Source: Geosiphon pyriformis uo1
Taxonomy: Eukaryota; Fungi; Glomeromycota
Direction of reading: 5' to 3'
DNA: 64,000 bases
Assembly: GCA_016748015.1 (NCBI GenBank)
Contig: JAAOMT010000590.1
Coordinates: 124,001 to 188,000, forward strand
Below, in pieces: positions 52,605 to 64,000 of the stretch; position 1 is the stretch's first letter, and the number at the start of each line of letters is the position of its first letter. The notes below the pieces were generated by a model. That model saw only the letters and a list, made by a program, of their open reading frames with translations, was not told the DNA's origin and ran no database searches. The position numbers were made by a program, and so were the translations under genes.

Positions 52605-55600
52605 ATAACAAAAAGTTTCTTAAAAATTATTGTGTTTACTATTTTTAATTTTCTTCTATTAACTCTTTATATAATACTATTGTCTTTGGTATTTCTATAA
52701 ATATTTTTATTTTTGCTATTATATTTTTTACTATATTTTTATATCTTCTGTATACTCTATATTGTATTTTATATTAGGGCGTTTTTTTTTCTGTATATTA
52801 AATAGTTTATTGATTGATTGTAATTTTCATGTTTAGTTTTTGATGTTTGATTAATTAAAATAGTTGTTGAACTAGTGAGTGAATATCATTAGTAATTTTC
52901 ATTTTTCTATTTACTTTTGTCACTTGTATTAATTTTTTATATATTGTTTTTGTAGATTAATTTGACATGTTTGTATTAATAATTATGATTGGTTCTAAAT
53001 CTTGTGGAATTTTATCTGGTTAAACTAGTATTTATTGTACTTTTAATTGTAAAATATTATTGGTAAATAATAATACTATATTGTGATATGGTTTTAGTCA
53101 ATTTTTATGTACTGCTTTAGTTAAGATTTTGTTATTTTATCTTAATTTATAAGCTCTATTTTCTAAAATTTTTTCAATATGAAATGATTTATTTCATTTA
53201 AAGTCAAATTTTCCACTTCATTGTTTTTCCACTTTGGTATGATGTAAGAGTACTTTGTTTTTAATTCCGAATTTAACTGATTTATTTAATAGCTGATTAT
53301 TATGTTATTTTTTTTTGTTTGTAACTTTTGTATATTATTAGTTGCTTTTTGTCTTTTGTTTTTTAAAGTTTTTATTAAATTGTATGTTCTTTGGAAGTTG
53401 GTTTTTGTTATTAGTTTTGTTAAATATGTGTTAATATCTATTTCAACTAATAATATTGCTGTTTTACCATAAATAAGTTCAAATAGTATTGCTTATATGG
53501 TATTTTGCTTCATTGTCTAATAAATAAATAATACTAATAATATAAACAAATCCTATTTGTCTTGGTTTTCTTAACTGATCTTAACTATTATTTTACACAA
53601 TGTTTTGTTGGACTTTTCAATTAAGCTATTTGTTTATAGATAATATAGTGATAATAATAGTCTCTTAGTTCCAAATTTTTGACTTAATTTTGTTAATGTT
53701 TTGTTTACAAAATGAGTTCTTTGGTTTGATAATAATTTTTTTGAACATTTATGTTAATAAATTAAATTTTGGTAGACAAATTCGGTTATAGATTCTGTAT
53801 CTGCTCTTTGAATTGCTTTTATTTTTGGCCATTTTATGAGATAGTTTATGATTACTGTTATATATCTATTATTTTTGCTGATAATAGTTAAGGATCTTAT
53901 TAAGTTAATTTTAATTTAATCAAATAGTTGTTCTACTTTAATTGGTTTTAGTAATTTACTGAGTCTTATTTCTTCTTTTTTTTAATAAGTATCACAATTT
54001 CAAATATATTAGATAATATCTAAATATATAAATAGTCAATAGTATTTTTTTCTGGTTTTTTTTATGGTTGTTTCTTTATGAAAATGTTCTGCTGTCAGAT
54101 TTGAATACATGTTAAATAGTATTATTTCTTTCTCTGATTCTATAATTACTCTAAGTGGCTGGTCTTGATCTTTTCTGTTTTTCTAATATAATATATTTTG
54201 GTAAGTGATAAAGTATTTTGATTGTTGTTTTATGTTGGTTTGTTTTTTTTGAGATAATTTTTAAATTGTTGAGTATTGATATAATGTTAAAGTTGTTAAT
54301 ATTTTGTGTATTTATATTTTGTTATATTTTTGGATTAAAATGTTTTAGATTTGTTTTATTTATAATAAACTGTCAGTATTTCTGTTTTTTTTTCTTTTTA
54401 TAATATACAGTATTATTAAATAGTAATAGTTTTATTTTCTATCTTACATAGTAATTATTTCCAAATTTTTGCTTCTGAATTGATGTCAATTTCTTGTGGT
54501 TAATGTACACATCAAACTTTTAACTTAAGTATTTTTTTATTTAATGATAGCCTAATAGATAGCTAAGTATTCTAATACTAAAGTTCTATAATTCTTCTAA
54601 GCTGAACTTAAACTTTAGCTGGCATATGCCACTGAATATTCTCATTTATTTGCTTTTTTTGTAATAGTACAGCTTCCAATACTTGGCTGGATGCATCAGT
54701 AATAATAATAAATGGCTTGCTGTAATCTAAATAAATTAGTATTAAAGCCTGAATAGGCTTTTTTTTCAAGATATTAAAAGCTTCTTGTTGGGTTTCAGTC
54801 CATTTATATTTAATATTCTTTGCTTAGAGCTGGTAAAATAGTTAAGCCAGTTTGGAAAAGTTTTGGATAAAGTGGCAATAGTATTTAGTAAATCTCAAGA
54901 ATGTTCTTAATTTTGTAAGATTTGTTGATATTAGAAAGTTTTTGATTATTTCAATCTTGTTTAAATCTGTTTTGATGTTGTTTTTGCTTATAACATGTTT
55001 CAAAAACTTGAATTCAGTTTTTTTAAAGAAACATTTGATAGCATTTAACTTTAGTCTGGCTTTTTTTAACCTTTTAAATACTTGTTGAAGATAGTATAGA
55101 CAGTTATTGAATGTCTTAAAAAATACATTGGTGTTATTTAAATAGACTACTACTAATTTTTATGGTAATTTTGTGTAGACAATTTTTATAAGCTATTAAA
55201 AGGTGGTTGGAGCATTGGTTAAGCCAAAAAACATAACATTAAATTCAAAATTCACTTCTCTGATAATGAATGCCATCTTCTTTTTGTTAACTAAATTCAT
55301 GACTACTTGTCAATATTTACTATCTAAATCTAATATTAAAACTATTTCTTTTTTTTGAAAGCATTGAATAACTCCTGGACCTATGGAGTTAGATAGCTGT
55401 TTCCATAAATAATACCATTAAGTTTTTAATAGTCTACACAAAAGTGAATCTTTCCATTTTTTTTCTGGACAAGTACTATTGGTAATGATTATAGATTTAT
55501 TGATGATTGAATTAATCTATTGTCTAATATTCTGTTGATTTTTTGTAAGATAATTTTATAGTTAGTTGGTAGTATTTTGTATGTTCTTTTTTTGATTAGC

Positions 55601-56174
55601 ATTGTATCTCCAGTTTTAATTTGGTATTAGATAATATCAATTCTGCCAAATTTATTTTTACTGACAAAAATGTCAATAAAATTTTTAAGTAACATTATGA
55701 ACTGTATACATTAAAATGAGTCTAGATTTTCCAAGTTTATTTGTTTCAATTGTTTTGGTTGTAACAAATAATACTTTTTTCATTTATATATTGTTTGTAA
55801 TATAATATTTACATATTCACAAAGTTGTGGAAAATTTGGAATATTGGTTGGTAATTGATTTTTAACTTCAATACTTAAGTATTTGATGGTAGTTTTATTT
55901 AATATTTTTATAAGATTTTTAGTTGTATTGTATATTAGAATTTTAATATGTTTGTGAGTTTTGACTAGTATATAAAAATTAATAATGCCAATCTCTCCTA
56001 ATTTATAAATGTTTATTTCAATTATAAAAATCTAGAGTTGATTCTTTATCTTCCTTTCTATAACTAATATATATTAATCATATGATAAAATAAAAATTAA
56101 TTGATAAGTAGAAATAATTTCTTTTTTATCAATAATTTTTTTTTCTATTATATTGACTAATATTTTTATTTTAT

Positions 56175-56570
56175 TTATGGATCCAAATTTTTTTATCTCT
56201 TTAGCTGTAATTATTAACTCTTTTCTTATTCCTATTAACACTAATTAAGCTACTTTAATCAATGACAAAAATATTGTTTGTACTATCTTCTTATTTGATT
56301 TAATAGTATATTCTTTTTTGGAATCATTTTGTAGTATTACAATAATATTTTCTATATATTTTGCATTAATTATTTCTTCTTTAATATTAATTTCTTTTTT
56401 TGTTAAACTAGATCTAAATACTAATTAGACTATTGTCATTGCCAAAATTTCCAGTATTATTTTCAAATCTATACTGAAATATAAATAAAGTTTTAATTTG
56501 ATGATCATTTTTTCTGAATATTTGAGATCAAACTCTGTATTGATATTATGCATGTGTTTTGGCATAATAT
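56175..56570 (-). pseudogene. dUTPase domain within the Gypsy pol, upstream of RT (decayed)
   Basis: MPKHMHNINTEFDLKY (AGFDL, motif 1), LVFRSSLTKKEI (RSS, motif 2), EEIINAKYIENI (GxIDxxYxG, motif 3), KKIVQTIF (IAQ, motif 4), AKEIKKFGS (RGxxGFGST, motif 5). All five motifs are in order and most differences are restorable by reversing G>A/C>T. Confidence 0.8.
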
Positions 56571-56774
56571 TTTTATTATTATTATTATTGAACTATTTAA
56601 GTTTCTGCTCTATTGAAAAATCTGGGAGTGCAATATATTGTTCAAAGTTGTAATTAGAGTTTAAATTATTATTGTTGTTATTGTTATTTTGAATAGTATT
56701 AGGACTGTTATTGTTATTATCATTAGAGTCTAAATTGTAATTAAATTTTAATTAATGATGTTATCAATATCAAT

Positions 56775-59761
56775 CATTGTCTTATATTAATAATATGGCT
56801 TTTTTTAATATTATAAGTGCTATTGGTTATAATAATATGGTATATATAATTAAAGACCTATCTAATAGAAAGACCACTGGCTTGTCAAATATAATAAATA
56901 AACTATAAAAACATTATAACATATTAGTACTTTTAATGCTTTTGAATATTCTAAACTTTTATTTGATGTGTGAGTCTGTGTTTTAGTCATAAAAAAAGCC
57001 TGAATATTAATAATTCTTAAACTATATGAATGAGAAAATATTTTAACTAATACTAAACTAATTGCTCTTATTAAAATTATTTAAAAGATTTTTTTAAGAT
57101 ACTTTTTAACCAGATTTCATTAACTTACAATAAATTTAATATTCTTTATAATGACAATTTTTCTGTATTGAAAAATATTACTATGCAGTTTTTTATCTTT
57201 ACAGTAAACTTAATGGTTAAAAATATTAGAAAAGAGTCATAAACTTTGGCTAGTCCTATAAGACATGTAAAAAAAAACTTATAACTTTGTTAAATAACAC
57301 TATTTAAGAGATAATTTAATTTATATCAAAATATGTGAATAATTCATTAAGTTCTCTGGAAGTATTTATAATGATAGAATCAATTAAGTTATAATAGACT
57401 ATAAACTTAATAATAAATACTAAGTATATGATGGGCTGAACTAGAGTAAGATTTTCTTTTTTTTGTTTTGGAGAATTTTCTATAATCCTTTTTTGTGTAA
57501 AATCAAAAGACAAAAAAGTTTGTGTAACTACTGTATTGATATTAAGTTTGTTGCCAAAACTAACAGGCTAAAAAACCAGAGTAGTTTGTTTTTATACTTA
57601 GCAGTTGATGTCTTTGTTGATAACACAATTTGGATGAAAAGTAGTTAGATTGATACTCAGCACATTTTGGACTTGACAAGTGAATTTTTTGAATTAAATA
57701 ATATTTCAATAAACAATGAAAAAACAGTAGCCATTCTTATTAATTAGAGAATTAAAGATGCCTTACTATTAATAAGTAATTTACTGATATCTATTGTAAA
57801 AAAAAAGAATCTTACAGATATCTTGGCATTTTTTGTTTTTGGAAAGGTTTGTTCAAACCCAGTTTGATAAAAATCTATTCAAATATTAAGTTTTTTATTA
57901 ATTTGGTTTTAAAAAAAGCTATCTTAAACAAGCAATTTCTTTATTTAGTCTTAGCTGTGCTGTAGTTCATAATTAGTTATAAGACTTAATTTAGTTTTAT
58001 TACTAAAAATGTATGCAATAAATAGGATATGTTAAATAAGAAAGATTTAAGAATAAAAGCTGGCCTGCCAAGAAATTTTTCTAATGAAACTCTTCATCAT
58101 ATATTATTATATAGTTTAAAGTTTTTTGAGCAAATACAAACTAAGAATAAGGTGGTTTTTGTGTTAAATTTTTTGAATATTAATAAAATTCTTGGTTATT
58201 TGTTTAATTATAAGTGTTTAGATCTGCAGATTCTAAGTTGGTTTCCTATTTACTCTTTATACTGTTTTGTAAAGCTAAAGATTAGTTCAGTTAATAATTT
58301 TCTGGCCAGTATAATTAAGATTTTTTTAGATTGTAATATTTTCTTTAATAATAATCTTCTGTTTGTATTTTATTTGTTTGGTAGCACTTTAATATCTTTT
58401 GTTTTAAAATATTTAATGTTTTATAAAATTTTCACTTACTTAAAAAGTTTGGTATCACTTTTGTTAACCAATTGTATGATAATAAAAGATCAGTCTTTAA
58501 TTAAAAAAGTTTTTGCTATTAAAAAAAGCTTAATTCTAAAGGCCTTGTTCTTATTTGGTTCAAATTGACATGTAATTTTTTGGTTAAATTTGCATCTTTT
58601 TCTTCTGTTGGATCATTTAATACTAGCTCTTGATCTTTAAATATTTGTAATACCAGCAATATTTCTGGAATAATACAGTATCTCTCTGATATTAGTTTGA
58701 GTATTATTAATATTTACACAAATGGGTCATTGAAGAACTTAGACACACATAGAATAGAATATAGTACAGCTGTATTTTTCTCTAATTTGAATGTAAATAT
58801 TGGTGTTGAAGTTGATAGTTTAGTGTTCTTTACAATGGTAAAATTACAGACAATTGTTTTGGTTTTGAAGTGTGTTCTTGCTTGTAGTTCTGTTGTAATA
58901 TATTTAGAAAGTCAAGCTGCTTTAGATATCTGTAATACAAAGTTGAAAATGGTTTTACCAGATTTTTGCAACAATTGCTGAATAGAAAGACATAGTGTTG
59001 TAAACTTTATTAGAAACAAAGGGCTAGATATCTTTTTGTTTAAGATTAAAGAGCATTTGAGTGTTTTGGGCAATAAATATGCTAATAAGCTGGCTAATTT
59101 GGTTTTATATTCAAATTTAATGCTTTCTGTTTGTATTAAAGAGAAATTTATTAGAGCTAATAAAGTGGTAATATCTGAAAATGTTTGTTATTTTACTTGT
59201 GAAGTTTTTAAAACTGTTTATTGTGCTTGTTAAAAAGTTGGTTTTGGCTCTGGCATTATTAATAAAAGCATAATTGGAGATGTAAATTGGGTTTAAACTT
59301 TCTTTCTTTGGCATTTTGACTCCTATATGGCAGCTGGTTTCATAAATAAATCCACTGCCAGTTTATAATTATATTTCATGAAGACTTTACACTATCATTT
59401 GCCAATCACTGTTTAAAAGCATTTGTATAATAGAAAATATTCTAGTGTGTTGTGCTTTTATTGTAGAGAGATAAAAAGTTTTGACCATTTTTTTACATAT
59501 CTAATTAACTCTACTGCTTATAAAAATCTGCTTAAATTATATTTGGTACAATAAAGTACCATATTGAATTTGGGCTTGCCATCATTTTATGTATTATAGA
59601 TGTTTTCTTTGTGTGTTTCTAATATTATTGTATATATTGTTTTGTGTAAAAGTTTTATGTTTAAAGAATAATACTTAAAGGCTGTGTTTGTTTTTGATGG
59701 TGTTAAAATTGCCAGTGCTAAAGTTATTAATTTTGTGTATAGTTTAGAGTTGGCTCATTAG
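56775..59761 (+). mobile_element. LINE (non-LTR retrotransposon) ORF2 fragment with RT, RNase H and C-terminal Cys/His motif; 5'-truncated, decayed
   Basis: RT: FWRIFYNPFLCKIK...AVDVFVDNTIW (from FVDD), FFELNNISINNEKT. RNase H: IYTNGSL (from YTDGS), VKLQTIVLVL (from AELxAI), YLESQAAL (from DSQAAL), KIKEHLSVLGNKYANKLA (from KVKGHSGxxGNExAD). Terminal CFYCREIKSFDHFFT. No LTRs. Confidence 0.9.
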
Positions 59762-60762
59762 TGTTACTTATAAAAAAATACAAAGATAAAAACTGAAAAA
59801 ACATATAAAAAAATAGACCAATAGAAAAATAGTATTTAGTACATAAACACAATATTAAAAAAACTATAACACATTGCTTAGCAATATGCATATTGTTAGC
59901 AAATTATGGCATACTACTTAGCAATATAAACAATATTAGTAAATTAAAACACAATTCTTAGCAATATAAGTAATATCAATAAATTAGAACACATTGTTTA
60001 AAAAAATATAAGATCTTATAAAACAAAAAATATGTATTTATAGCAAGAGTATTAGAAACAAAAAAAACAAAAAAAACAGAATTCATTTCAGAATTAATAT
60101 TTACAATTAATTAATTATTTTATATTCCTTTCTTTAAAAAGATAGTTTTCTATAACTTAAAGTAGAATTCAATCACATATCAATAAAAATATTAATTATC
60201 ATCTGAATCTATGTTATTGTTATTTAATTAAGGAATATTAATCATTTCCACTCTATTAATTCTTCATGTTGATAGAATTCAATATATAACTACACTAAAC
60301 CAATAGCTCTTGATCATAACTATTAATAGAATACTAGTTTTTTATTTTTTTTTTATTTTTTTTTTATTTTCTTTATCTTTCTTTTATTGTTTTGTTAATT
60401 TACTAATTGATTAAAGAGATTAAGCATTGAATAATTTAACATTAAAAATAGCCTAATAAAAAATTCAGAAATAAGAATAGAGAACTTGAAAATTAAGGAT
60501 AGCTTACTGGAAAGACATGACTGTTAAAATAAACTAGTTACCATGTTAAAAAATAAAATTTGATGAAATAATCATTCTAAAAAGCTACTAAAACAATTAT
60601 TAAATCTCTGTCTATTATACAAAGAACTTAGCCAAAATCCTCAAATTAACCAAAACTTTTAGAGTACAAAAACTATTAAATATTATCAATATTACTAAGC
60701 TATTAAACACCAAGTTATGAGTTTGTTATTTGTTTCTACACTTCAAATAAGCATCTGTAATA
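59762..60762 (+). repeat. 5' LTR of Gypsy element 2 (~1.0 kb) followed by a PBS-like TTTGGTGA
   Basis: Starts TGTTAC (59762) and ends TGTAATA (decayed ...GTAACA, 60762), immediately followed by TTTGGTGA. Similar to the LTR at 51424-52604. Confidence 0.8.
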
Positions 60763-63700
60763 TTTGGTGATTCTTGTGAGATATAATTCAACAAAGAACT
60801 AGCACTAACAACAATTATTCAGAAAAGTGGCAGACCAAAAAAGTATAGAAGAAAATTATTTAAGATTTGTGAAATCTTTATTTTAGTATTATCAAAGTCA
60901 TTTCGGATTAACAAATAACAATTAGCCAACAAAATCAGTTTTCAATTTTTATGTCAACAAAAAAATCAAATCCTACTTGAGAGTTTAAGAAAATCTAGAA
61001 GCCACTCTTAACAACTTCAACAATGAATTATTCTAAAGCATCACACTTTTACCAAATTATTTGTTTGCACCAACAATCACAGAAATAAATAAAAAAATTG
61101 GAAATTATATCTAACAGAGATTTCTTATTACCTTTGCAGACAAAAAAAAATTACAAATACCAGCAAAAACACTAAAAAAAATACAACTATCTACTTAAAA
61201 AAAACCAAAAGTCATCTTACCTATTTACTTGTTATACTATTATATACCAGGAAGTATTATCAACATAATATTAGCAGACATGTTTACATTAACTACAAAA
61301 CTATTATTAGTTAAAATTTTATTTCAAAGTCAACAGAAAAAAGCTAAACTATTAGAAATTTACAGTAAGTATTTTAAAAAATTTAATTCATAACCAACAA
61401 TATCATCAGAACATTAATTACTATCACCACAACTGGATTTTAGAACTACCAGTCCTTAGAAAATAACTGACTCAGAAAAAGAGGAAAATAAAGATTAAAC
61501 ATTTAATTATCAAAACCTGATCTTAAAAAACCCAGAAATCTAAACTCTGATTATTTAGACTTAGCAAAATTCAAACAGTCCAAACCTTATTCTTATTGTC
61601 TTCCAATACTTACCTTTAGTAATTATAATTAATTCACTACTAGTTGTCCCAATTGCTGTATAACAATAACAGCCACAATTACAATTTTAACCACCACTAC
61701 AACAACCACTTCAGCTGCCATTACAACAACTATTACCAATAGCATATGCTTCTATTACTAAATTAGAAAAGTTTATTGGCAAGAAAGATAATATCCAAGT
61801 TTGATTAAATGACATTACTAAAATTATTACTGCCAATAATTGAAATAATGCTAAAGTTTTCTAAGCCATTCTATATTTTCTCCAAAATACTGTTAACTTA
61901 TAGTATTAAAGCTTGATCCAAAAACCCCAAACTTTCAATGAATTCAAAACTGAATTTTTAAAATACTTTAACAATAATAACAATATTAATTATTTAACAA
62001 TAGCATTTACTATCATCAAACAGAACAATACTAAAGCAGTTACTACTTATTTAAGATATTTTTATAGAAATCTGCACCAAATTCAAGCCATCAATACTAA
62101 TTATTTCACAGTATTACAAATTCTAAATCAGTTTATTTGCAGTCTATACAGTAGTATTCTTTAGTATATATGCTCATTATATCTACAAACACTTCAAAAT
62201 GCAGTCACAAATGTTCAAGATTTTGAATTGCCTAAATTAAAAACCAAGCATGTCCAAGCCATTAATCTAGTGATGAACAGATTATCTGAATTAAATACTA
62301 AATTAAAACAATTTGGTAAAGCCATTAATCAGATGCTAAAAAGATATTTAGTTAACAATCAGACAATTTATTAACTTTTATAATACTATGAGAATTAAGA
62401 AAATTTAAATCAGTTTTAGAATTAGTCATATCTAATATTATTATCATCAACCAATTAACAATAGCAACAGAAGATATATAATTGCCACTATTGTAGTAAA
62501 AAAAGACACCTAAAAATAAATTGTCACTTAAAACTAAATAACCAATGATTAGAAAATCAATATTAAAATTTCAATTGCAAATTTCAAACTTTGAACTACA
62601 TTAGTAATTTATTATCTGAACAATACTATTATTAACCATATTACTTTCCACTGATGCAACTGATTAATTAGCCATTAATTTATCAAACCCCAATATCAGT
62701 AATCTATTAACTGCCTTAGCTCCAAATAATGTATCAACTCTAACCAATTCAAATCCAATTACAAAACTTACTTCAAAATAGAAGTCAAAGGCCAAGAACC
62801 ATTCAAATTTAACAGAATTGAAAATTGGTGATGGTAATACACCAACTAATTCCCAGTTTGTCAAACCAATTATCAGAAACACAACAACAAAATCTAAGAA
62901 ATCACTATACCCAAAACCCGAATATTCAGAACTATTTAAGCCTTCTTGTTATTCAAAAAGATACTTAACTTAAATCACAAGAACCCAATAACAATTTACT
63001 TATCTCTTATAATATTCTACCAGTTTCATCACTGAAAACAAATTACTTGCTGTAATATTTCTCTTTAAATTCAAGAAACCAGTTAAAATGTTTCTATTTA
63101 ATAGAGTTATTTTTAAAGCTAAACTTATTATAGTTATATACATTAATGCCAAAGTAAATAGCCATCTGATCAAATTAATTTTGAACAACAGTTTAGCAAA
63201 TAGCATTATTACTAAACAACTCATGGACTAATTAAGTTGCCAAGTTGATAGAACTGTCAGCATTAAGATCATTACAGCTGATAGAATAATAAAGACTCCA
63301 ATTAGTAAAATTGATAATTTCTCTTTTGAAATCAATAATATTATTAGGCCAATCAAAATATTAGTAATAAAAGCCACACAATACCAAACTCTTACTGGTA
63401 ATAACTGGCTGTTTAAAACCAATACTGTGCTTAATTAGACCATCCAAAAACTGCAACTTAGTTAAAACAGTCAAAATACTAGAGTACTAGCCATATGCAA
63501 ATACTTTAAACCAAACAACACCACTCAAGTGCCACTAATTAAATTGAAAAAAGAAAAAAAAAACCTACTTAGAAAGCTTACCAAGTCTCTTAGGCTGACA
63601 ATGACTATAACAACTTATTATCAGTACTTACATGAGAAAAAAAAAGAAAAAAAAGAAAAAAAAAGAAAAAATGTTTCAAATAACCATTTTTACATATATT

Positions 63701-64000
63701 CTGTACACCACTATTAATAAAAGCCAGTCAACTTATTATTAATCTAAACTAATCTGTATTAATTATGATAAGAAATTGTTAACAATAAGTGCATGTTGTA
63801 GTGACAACAAGAAATAGTCTACAGCAACAAAATATTACTGTCACTCATGTATTCTAGAATGTTTTGGATGACCAAAAAAACAAAAAAAATAAAACAACAA
63901 ACCATGTTTTGCTTGTAAAAAAACTCTTCTAGATAAAAGAATGTGAAATAATATTTCTGGTCATAAAAAAATATGTAATAAATCATGTCAATACATAATT
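59762..64000 (+). mobile_element. Ty3/Gypsy LTR retrotransposon (element 2): LTR-gag-zinc knuckle-aspartic protease, decayed, runs off the window
   Basis: Retrotransposon gag at ~61740-62350 (KLEKFIGKKDNIQV*LND.., FNEFKTEFLKYF.., AVTTYLRYFYRNLHQIQAI..ILNQFICSL). CCHC knuckle CHYCSKKRHLKINC at ~62480-62525. Protease at ~63130-63500 (IKLILNNSLANSII from LILDSGSAGS, LTGNNWL from LVGNDWL). Confidence 0.9.

Larger units (their letters stand above)
51424..56760 (-). mobile_element. Ty3/Gypsy LTR retrotransposon (element 1): dUTPase-RT-RNase H-integrase-3'LTR, decayed, 5' part cut off by a LINE
   Basis: RT traces at ~54800-55660 (PIVLVQKKNGKIHFCVDY*KLN, FEFNVMFFGLTNAPTTF, VVVYLNN from YLDD, KWTETQQEAF). 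RNase H ~54400-54750. Integrase ~53400-54200 (PFD*IKINL, NYLIKWP, LLSNQRTHFVN, TNSLIEKSNKTL). Order RT-RH-IN is the Gypsy order. Confidence 0.9.

Noticed and set aside
51424-60762. The two LTRs as ends of a single inverted-repeat element (DIRS-like or giant TIR transposon)
   Set aside because: Each LTR belongs to its own Gypsy body (pol on the minus strand; PBS and gag on the plus strand), and there is no tyrosine recombinase or transposase between them.

Overview
Very AT-rich, intron-containing eukaryotic (fungal) DNA. The gene families (tyrosine-kinase-like kinases, Sel1-kinase, BTB-BACK-TLDc, expanded class-3 lipase-like genes) and the retroelements point to Glomeromycotina. The gag and LINE peptides resemble those I recall from Geosiphon pyriformis; this is an inference and no database search was run. 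Layout: (1) 1-30 kb is mostly pseudogenised multi-copy host genes and transposons, around one intact 4-exon class-3 lipase-like gene. (2) 31-47 kb is an island of intact genes (TKL kinase, AT-hook/Myb protein, two GPI-anchored fasciclins, tRNA-Glu) interrupted by a decayed TE relic. (3) 48-64 kb is a nest of a dUTPase-carrying Ty3/Gypsy element, an RNase H-containing LINE and a second Gypsy copy. Main observation: all four lipase-like paralogs (1 intact, 3 pseudogenes) have Gly instead of the catalytic Ser at the nucleophile elbow (xHGxGG, codons GGA/GGT/GGG/GGT). This suggests an old, fast-turnover family of membrane-anchored pseudo-lipases. Second observation: repeats and multi-copy genes show heavy C>T/G>A decay that includes non-CpG sites (RIP-like). 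Exon structures were read by hand, and the boundaries of decayed elements are approximate.
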